From assembly GCF_006345805.1 (NCBI RefSeq), contig NW_021833112.1, forward strand, positions 1 to 60,118: a stretch of 60,118 bases of DNA. Direction: 5' to 3'. This stretch comes from Octopus sinensis (Eukaryota). A program made the position numbers and the translations under genes. Positions 53,189 to 60,118 of this stretch are shown in pieces. Under the pieces are notes generated by a model, which saw only the letters and a program-made list of their open reading frames with translations, did not search any database and was not told the DNA's origin. Every line of letters begins with the position of its first letter. Positions within the stretch are counted from its first letter, which is position 1.

Positions 53189-53353
53189 TAATTCTGTTTT
53201 TTTATATAAATTTTCATCTGTCCTGCTCGCCAAATTTGGTTCTGGTGTTCGCTGAATTTTTACTCTTGAGAATTCCCTTTGTAGTTTGATCTGTTTCTAG
53301 CATACGGCCGACTTCCTAGCAGTCAAGCCCTGCCAATATATACATATAATATA

Positions 53354-53406
<53 letters not shown>

Positions 53407-54503
53407 AAAAGATCGTGGGTAAGGCCAAAACAATGCAAAGTAAATATAAAGTAAATCACAAGAAAACAAATATGTGAATTAATGTAGACTTACCTCGTAT
53501 TCAGTATTTGTTTTCTTGTGATTTACCATGCTATTTACTAAATCTAAAATCTCAACACAAAATACTCTTTATAGCTTCTTCACCAAAAATTATCCAGATA
53601 TATTATTAGCTATCTCAATTACAATCGGGACACATTTGAGGAAAATATTTCTTGGAAATAATACCTGCTTCGAACTTTCAACTTCAACAACTGTGTAACG
53701 TATACTGACCAAATTCTACTCCCAAAGATAATGGGATGGTACAAAATAGGAGAAAATATCAAGCAATCAGAATTTATTGATTTTGACTAATTTACCAATT
53801 TTGCCCTACAATTCCACGTGTTTAACAGGATGACGAATTTGAAAAAAATAAGAAAGGAAAGAGGTTCAATTTTATGAAACATTTCAATATATGTGCAATT
53901 CTAACGCTGGAAAAGAATGTTTTTAGCTGTTGAGAGATTTAGTTTTATAATTAAAACTAAATTGAGAAGTTTTCTTTATTTACTTGCTTTCAAAGCTTCA
54001 CTGAAATAAGTTTAGAAGCGGAAATATGTGTGTGCGTGCGCGTTCCTTTCTTAGTGTGTGTATGTGTTCGTGTCTGCCTTTAACCGCTATTAGTCAAGCC
54101 AAGATCATGCTCAGTCATGCGTTGAAAGAAGGAATTTGACCTGGAGGCAATAACATTTCTCTATTAATCTCTTTATCATTTGTACTTACACACACACAAA
54201 CACATATTCACTCATAGATACATGCGTAGATTTTCAGGAGAGCAATGCCCTTGGGCATTGTAAATTTTTTAATTGAATTATTTGGTGTCTCTAAAGTAGC
54301 TATCATAAAAAAGAATCAACTCACTAGCCCAGTAAATATATATATATGCATGATATTTATATCCATATTTACATATACATTAATCCATACACGCAAGCAT
54401 ACATGCATACATATATACATACATGCAAATATACATACCCTAATATATATATTATATGTATATATATATATATAATATAATATATATATATATATATATA
54501 TAT

Positions 54504-54537
<34 letters not shown>

Positions 54538-54613
54538 CAGATACTAGATGTGTATATATGTATGACTATGTATAAAATTATGAATTTATATACATACATC
54601 TTAAATTTAATGT

Positions 54614-54937
54614 AGGCGAATGTTAAGAATACACCCGGTGTTTAGGGTTAGGTTTAGGGTTTTAGGATTAGGATTTGGGGTTTGGGTTAAAGTTTAGGGT
54701 TACAGTTTGAGTTTAGGGTTATGTCAGTGTTTAGGGTAAGGGTTAGGGTTAAGTGTTAGGTTAAGCTAGGAGATTTTGTTTCGTCGAAAACGGCTGGTGT
54801 ACGTATTCTTTACCTCCGCCGTTTATGCAATGTTAGGGTAAGGTTTAGGCATTAGGGTTAGAATTAGGTTTAAGGGTTTTGTTACGCCGAAACAGGTGGC
54901 GTACAATGTACACTGTACATAATCCTTAGCTTCGCCC
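54614..54937. repeat. Degenerate interstitial (TTAGGG)n tracts within a TIR-bounded element
   Basis: TTAGGG variants at 54640-54762 and 54832-54876; GGCGAATGTTAAGAATAC is inverted to GTATTCTTTACCTCCGCC. Confidence 0.75.
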
Positions 54938-55539
54938 TTAATGAATTCACATAAAACCGAGACAATAACTCTAAATTTATTGTTACTGCTACAAAACGGG
55001 TTCATCTTCACGCCCCTTTTGATTACTACCGAAGTACAGAGCTCTAAAATGGAACGTAACTTATTTTATTACAAATAATTAATAAAGATCTTTAAAGAAA
55101 ATTTCACACAAATATTGCTCATCAATAAAACTGACTACGGTTGTATTCTCCCAGTTTCACACTCTCTTCTTTCTTGGTGTCGCTTCGGGGTCCAGTTAAA
55201 TGACATAGAAAAGTCGCACAGTAAAATATACACACGCTATGAAGTAGCAACTTTTTTCATTATATAAACGGATATGATAGCCATCTTTGAAAATATCATG
55301 TCTCATTTAATATACAAGAAATAAAATATCTTCTAGAAAGATATAAAACAGACAATAAATTGTCGATAAAAGCAACAGTCTAGAAATAGTTATCAGATAA
55401 TTTGGTGGAGGATAGAAAATTTACATATATACTGTCAGCTTGTATTACTAAAAAGATGGTATACATACATATATACATACATACATACATACACACACAT
55501 ATACACACGCACACATACACATATATATGTATGTGAGTG

Positions 55540-55573
<34 letters not shown>

Positions 55574-55998
55574 CTTGTATATGTATGTATATATGTTTAA
55601 TATCTATCTATTTATCTACCTATCTGAATATGTGTATGCATGAATGTATATGTATGTGTGTGTATGTGTGTGTATGTGTATGTGTGTGTCTCTGTGCGTG
55701 CGTGTGTATGTGTAGCTTATATTTTGATAATGATTGACTGAAGGTATATATTCAGTTATTTATTATTTGGATATATATTATTTAGATATATTTAGATAAA
55801 TCTATGAAAACATCTTACAGATATTTCTGAATATCACTCATACATGGATATTTTCCCCCCAAAAAGCAAATGCCCCAATCCACTGTAATCCACTGCCCAA
55901 CCAAGAAGCATTGTGCCTAAGTAAGCTCTCAAAATTTACAGCAGGTTTTTTTTTATATTCAGCGTTTGAATATCTTCCAAATTCGGTAAATTATTTAG

Positions 55999-56129
55999 AA
56001 GATAAATGTGATGGAGGAGATAGAAAAATTGATAAAAACAGCAGTTTTGAATAGTTTCCTTGCTCCTAAAGATCCAGTTCTTATAGCAGTGTGGTGGCTC
56101 CTGCGCATCAAAGATATGTCTGAGGGTGT
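55999..56129 (+). CDS. Candidate host exon, unknown product
   Basis: TTTAG acceptor, open frame KINVMEEIEKLIKTAVLNSFLAPKDPVLIAVWWLLRIKDMSEG, GT donors at 56126-56130; no homology recognised. Confidence 0.25.
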
Positions 56130-56617
56130 GTATGTTTGTGTCTGTTTGAGCCGTTTACTTTTTAGCTCGAAAAATTTCGCTGTTGTTTAAAAGGATGTCG
56201 AACGAATATACACTAAAATTATACATACCTTCTCTCTCACCCTCTCCCTCTCTCTCTCACACCCACACAAATGCACACATATGCACACAAAAACACGCAA
56301 ATACATATATATAATTCCACCGACACACACACACACATACACGTATATATAAATATGTTTGCATATATACTATATGCAAACTATATACTATATTGCATAT
56401 ATACTATATTGCATATATACTATATTTCAGAACTATGAATGAATTCTCAATAATTCGCTGGTGTCGAAAACCATACATCCACAGATATTCTTTCTGAATA
56501 TGTACATCACAAGCAACAGTAAATCTGTGGCCATCAGTACATTAATGAGTAATCGATCATTCGATACTAACTTAACGTAACTGAATCGAAAAGGATAATC
56601 TTACACGTTTCTTTTAG

Positions 56618-56683
56618 AATTGTTTGGAGAAGTTAAAATTCACGAACTGCAAACATGACAAAGGAACACAAGAAAATTTAATG
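56618..56683 (+). CDS. Candidate 66-nt host exon
   Basis: TTTCTTTTAG acceptor and consensus G|GTAAGT donor; only phase 0 is open (NCLEKLKFTNCKHDKGTQENLM). Confidence 0.3.
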
Positions 56684-57100
56684 GTAAGTAAAATAAAGGA
56701 AGACATTTTAAGAAATGAAAAAGAATACGAAAGGCATAAAATAGAAGAACACGTACTTGACTGGAAAAAAATCGTTAACCTTGTTAGAAAATGTGAAGTA
56801 TGTAGATATTTGGTTATCTGTCCGTTCCTGTATTCATTCAAGGTCATATGAACTAAATCTGTCTGATTCTGTTTAACGGGCAAAGATTATTGGACCGCAT
56901 GTTTCGCCAGGATCATTTTACTAAGCAATCCATTTATTATTTCCTTCCCTTCATACATAAAATATGTATGTGCACACACAAACGTGCATACACGCGTATA
57001 AGGCAAAAAAAAACAAAACAAGCAAAAATACATGTGTATTCGCTTATGTATTTATATATAGCTTATATACATATTATATATATATATAAATACACACACG

Positions 57101-57138
<38 letters not shown>

Positions 57139-57225
57139 AATATAATAATAAATATTAGGGAATAAATCCAAACTTACAGGGAAAAATCAGATTTAGGATT
57201 GAATCCAATTTTATAGTAAAATATT

Positions 57226-57404
57226 ATATTATATTAAATTAGAGACAAAACCACTATTAGGCAAATCATACAATGAAAAACTTAAGCCAATACATAAGAT
57301 TATTTAATTTCAATAATATAAATTAAATAATCTTATGTATTGGCTTAAGTTTTTCATTGTATGATTTGCCTAATAGTGGTTTTGTCTCTAATTTAATATA
57401 ATAT
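57226..57404. repeat. Perfect palindrome, 85-bp arms, 9-nt loop
   Basis: 57226-57310 is the reverse complement of 57320-57404; abuts (TA)n. Confidence 0.95.
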
Positions 57405-57409
57405 ATATA

Positions 57410-57441
<32 letters not shown>

Positions 57442-57534
57442 ATATAATATAATATATATATATATATATATATACTATATGTGTAATATGTATGTGTGTG
57501 TGTATATATGTATTTATGTATATCATATATGTAT

Positions 57535-57692
57535 ATCTACGACGGACTTCTCTCAGTTTCCGTCTATTAAGGCTTTCGTCGGCCCGAGGCTAGTGTAAAA
57601 GACATTCGACCATGGTGCCACGCTGTAGGACTGTAACCGGAACCATGTGGTTGGGAAGCCAGCTTCTTACCACACAGCCATGCCTACTCCTA
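57535..57692 (-). mobile_element. SINE family D, 5' part
   Basis: Reverse complement of the family D head. Confidence 0.8.
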
Positions 57693-57856
57693 TATATACA
57701 TATACACACATATAAATATATATACACATATATGTGTGTATGTGTGTGTGTGTGTTTGTTTGTATGTGTGCGTGTGACTATGCATTTATAGTGTAAATAA
57801 ATCTATCTACGTATAGGGAGGAAAATAAAAGTTAATGCTTAACTCATATAACGAAA

Positions 57857-57895
57857 TCCGTAACGTTTCGGGCATATGTCTTTCTTCAGAACAAT
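57857..57895 (-). ncRNA. Hammerhead ribozyme-like motif (decayed)
   Basis: CTGAAGA AAGACATATGCCC GAAACGTT; stems imperfect. Confidence 0.5.
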
Positions 57896-58234
57896 GAGCG
57901 AAACATAGTGTATGTTAGAAAGAAATAATTAAGGAGATTGCTAAATTATATGTGAAGGTGTGGGAAGACGTGTGAAAATACTGTACTGTGTTGTGTATTA
58001 AGATGGAAAAGATATGCGTATATGCAGATGCGTATATGCAGATAAGCATATATTACCGATGTGAAGAGAAACTAATTTCGTTGGAATAGTGCTTTGCATT
58101 TTATTAGGTTCTTACCTGGCTGGTTACTTATTGTTTTCCCAAAACATAATGAGTTTACCTTGAGGTAAAGGTAACTTCAAAAATATCCTTGAATAATAGC
58201 TAACTTTAAAAAAGGCTGTTTGATACACTTTCAG

Positions 58235-58355
58235 AGTGAACTACTCTGATATGATGAGACAATTTAAAATGTACCAGAAGGTTTATAATAGAGAGATGTA
58301 CATGAACCTGGCCAAGACAATATTCATGCACCCAAATCGCCTAAAATTCCAACAG
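58235..58355 (+). CDS. Candidate host exon
   Basis: CTTTCAG acceptor, CAG|GTAGTT donor, open frame VNYSDMMRQFKMYQKVYNREMYMNLAKTIFMHPNRLKFQQ. Confidence 0.35.
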
Positions 58356-58918
58356 GTAGTTTTTACTATATCAATACAAATTGTACTTTGTGCTGCTCAT
58401 ATCGTAAATAGAGGCCAAAACTTTGTGTTCGGTGATTATTGAACATTTATGTAATCGTCGAAGTAAAGAGAGTTAAATACTATAGTTACGCTCTCTATAG
58501 CGTCTCGTGAAATTTGTACAAAAAATTAGCCCCAAGGAAGTGAAATGTGTGCATAGGAAGTGTAAGGAACTGATTGTGACTCAGTGTTTGCTATTTTATG
58601 AGAAAAACATACCTTTACTCCGCATTAATAAAACATGTATTTATGGACAACGCATTCATGCAGTTATGTATACGTATGTAAATATGTGTATGTGTGTGTG
58701 CGTGTCTGTGTCAGCACATATGTATGTGTGTGTCTGTATTATGTACATACGCATGCTTATATCAATGTGTATGCTAGAACAAGACGTTCTGTGGCTCACG
58801 TCTTCAAAGTATCGAACTATGATTGTTCAATAGGTTGTAGTTTTGTAAGGAATATCGATTATTCCCATGCTTACTTGCAAGAATACATCCATGTATCATA
58901 GAATATACTATATATATA

Positions 58919-58969
<51 letters not shown>

Positions 58970-58995
58970 CATATATATATATATATATACGTTAA

Positions 58996-59031
<36 letters not shown>

Positions 59032-59721
59032 TATATATGTATATATATAAGTATATATATATATATATACATAAACTACATATTTATATGAAAAAGTTTC
59101 TTGAGAGATAGAAAGTAAAACATAGCATGATCATTATATATATATTATAATAATATATATAATATTATATATATATATATATAACTATATACACATACGC
59201 ATATAGTATTCCTTATTCTTTTACTTGTTTCAGTTATTTGACTGAAACAAGTAAAATAAATGTATATATGTGAAGTATGTAGTAGATATTATATATATAT
59301 ATAAGATATATTATATATAATATATATATATACATTTATATATTTATACATATACGCATATACATACACATATATATATACATACATACATTCATATGTA
59401 TGTATATATATATATATATAAAATATATATATATATGTATGTATATATATATATATGTATATGTATGTATGTATATGTAGATATATATATATATATATAT
59501 TGATAATATATATATATTTATATATACTTAAATGTATATATATATATATATTTATATATATTAAACTATCTATCATATATATGCATATATGAGAGAGCAT
59601 GCACACTCACGTACGCTTTAATATATGCGAGTATGTATGCGTGTGTATGCCACTGTGTTTCTGCGATGAGTGTTTCAATGTTTGTGCCTGCTTGCTTCTT
59701 TCTATTCATAGTCGTATGCAG

Positions 59722-59862
59722 GTCTTGAAATATTTGCCAATAGAAAAAGAGGAGAACTTTAGCATTATCAATTCTTTAGTTGAAAATTTCCAAAGGAATG
59801 ACATGTTTTGCAGGTCCTGGCATCCTCCAGTCCTCGTTTATGTCCAGTGCAATGTGTATGCA
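59722..59862 (+). CDS. Candidate host exon
   Basis: Pyrimidine tract then TGCAG; phase compatible with 58235-58355; VLKYLPIEKEENFSIINSLVENFQRNDMFCRSWHPPVLVYVQCN; GTATG donors nearby. Confidence 0.3.
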
Positions 59863-59948
59863 GTATGTACGTACATACAGACGTATGTATGTGGGTATGT
59901 ACGCATGCATTATGTGTGTATATATATATCTATCTATGTTAATTATAA

Positions 59949-59997
<49 letters not shown>

Positions 59998-60118
59998 ATA
60001 TGTACGGACGCAAGCTAGAAGAATTTCGCTTGGCATATTTCGCTTTCCCGATTTCGTTTCCATCCATTGAATGATTGGGCAAGTTTGTCTTAGCCTTCCC
60101 TCATATTTTTAATAGGTG

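Noticed and set aside
58109-58205. Minus-strand exon ending at a consensus AG|GTAAG donor
   Set aside because: All three frames contain stops

Overview
AT-rich, microsatellite-saturated eukaryotic DNA, most likely from a coleoid cephalopod (Octopus-like). The taxon is inferred from composition and the repeat families, not from a search. Almost all listed ORFs are microsatellite or SINE read-through. Most of the window is transposable-element debris: at least four tRNA-derived SINE families, a CR1-type LINE, RTE and R4/Dong LINE remnants, Penelope-like RT/GIY-YIG remnants, three Helitron-like elements and several Tc1/mariner relics. It also holds about nine hammerhead-ribozyme-like motifs, two long perfect palindromes and two near-identical tandem duplications. 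A few weak candidate host exons lie at 56-60 kb. The most unusual feature is a 3.9-copy tandem array at 26189-27540 whose copies differ almost only by different short deletions. My hand-built union of the copies (~409 nt) restores long open reading stretches present in no single copy. Other highlights are a SINE family that appears to insert at GGTAT (including into itself) and a tRNA-head plus hammerhead-tail element arranged as inverted pairs.
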